Assembly (NCBI GenBank): GCA_951406725.2
Contig: OX597843.1
Span: forward strand, 14,818,001 to 14,882,000
Direction: 5' to 3'
From: Octopus vulgaris
Taxonomy: Eukaryota
Length of the DNA stretch: 64,000 bases
Notes under the pieces: generated by a model
Told to the model about the DNA's origin: nothing
What the model saw: the letters and a program-made list of their open reading frames with translations, nothing else
Databases searched by the model: none
Part shown: positions 61,394 to 64,000 of the stretch, one piece after another
Numbering within the stretch: position 1 is the first letter of the stretch
Layout of the letters: each line of letters opens with the position of its first letter
Made by a program: the position numbers and the translations under genes

Positions 61394-61450
<57 letters not shown>

Positions 61451-61879
61451 ATAATTTGTATACACACTCACACACATATGCACAAACACTCATACACACA
61501 CACACACAGACACACACACACACACACACACACACAAATCTATTGCGGCCATCTTTTCACACAACATGTAATATCCAAGACTTATTCTAAGGCTTCAATA
61601 TCAGAACATCTCAATTTCCAAATATCTCTGCTTGAAACAAGTCGTCTGAGATATTAACGGATATGGCAGGAGAGCTTAACGGCTAAATTCGGTAATCCTT
61701 TGGAAATGGATTTGTCCTAGGGAAAGGTCAGAGGTCAAATTGAGGAAAATGGTTTTTTGGGGACTGAAGGAAATTTTGTCTGTGAATAACTAGAATTGGT
61801 TTTCTGTGAGTTTCATTTTCTTGTATTTTCTTTCTTTTTTTGTTTGCCTTTCTTTCTGGAATATATATATGAGGATATA

Positions 61880-63361
<1,482 letters not shown>

Positions 63362-63664
63362 ACTCCACTACGAACGCACAGCCCATGAAGAACGGCTCTT
63401 TCAACCTCGCTTTCTACTACCCTCTGCACGTATAATCACTATTCTTTCAGTTTCCTTAAATTTTTCTCTCATATCTTCCTTTCAGTACCCTCTATTCATA
63501 TTTTCTTTCAGTTTTCAACATACCATTCGTGTAATGTTTTTCGTTTAGCCTTGTCTCGTCTCCCTACTTGCTCCCGTTTCATAGTCACTCATCGTCTCCC
63601 CTAAAATTTGACTTCTCTGATATTTTCAAACCTACTTTCTTGCTCTCACGATTAACAGAATCCT

Positions 63665-64000
63665 CTTGCTAGTTTGGGGTCCAGTTAGGACTTCCTGACG
63701 AACTCAGATTTTAGATTTTACCTTTTCTCTCCAAGCCTATCTTAATTATCAAATAATAAATGCCCCCGTCTTCGATAACCACCATCGCCATATATAAACT
63801 AGCGATCGCAAATCGGTAGCCCACTCGCTTTCAACTCCACTACGAACGCACAGCCCTTGCTAGTTTGGGGTCCAGTTAGGACTTCCTGACGAACTCAGAT
63901 TTTAGATTTTACCTTTTCTCTCCAAGCCTATCTTAATTATCAAATAATAAATGCCCCCGTCTTCGATAACCACCATCGCCATATATAAACTAGCGATCGC
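63665..64000. repeat. 191-bp perfect direct repeat, truncated by the window end
   Basis: cttgctagtttggggtcc at 63665 and 63856; tcaactccactacgaacgcacagccc also at 63359. Confidence 0.9.

Noticed and set aside
63689-63705. CTGACGA hammerhead core
   Set aside because: No helix II followed by GAAA and UH nearby.

Overview
Repeat-saturated eukaryotic (animal) genomic DNA, most likely intronic or intergenic sequence of an octopod cephalopod (inferred from the very dense (TA)n/(TG)n/(TATG)n/(TAA)n arrays and the tRNA-derived SINE, RTE and Dong/R4 repertoire). No intact host gene is evident, and almost all ORF-track entries are microsatellite translations. Recognisable content: a 5'-truncated but nearly intact Dong/R4-type RT-REL retrotransposon and a second R4-type 3' end, both inside one (TAA)n array; many RTE and APE-LINE fragments; mariner and DD37D (maT) transposon relics and MITEs; a non-autonomous Helitron; several modular SINE families; a 12 x ~132-bp tandem array; and Penelope-like element (PLE) relics. 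The main hidden signal is a dense set of minimal type I hammerhead ribozyme motifs from at least 6-7 unrelated repeat families. They include long-helix-II forms, U3-A8 core covariants and head-to-head palindromic pairs, and occur in the same window as two PLE GIY-YIG endonuclease remnants. Coordinates were read by eye and may be off by a few bases.
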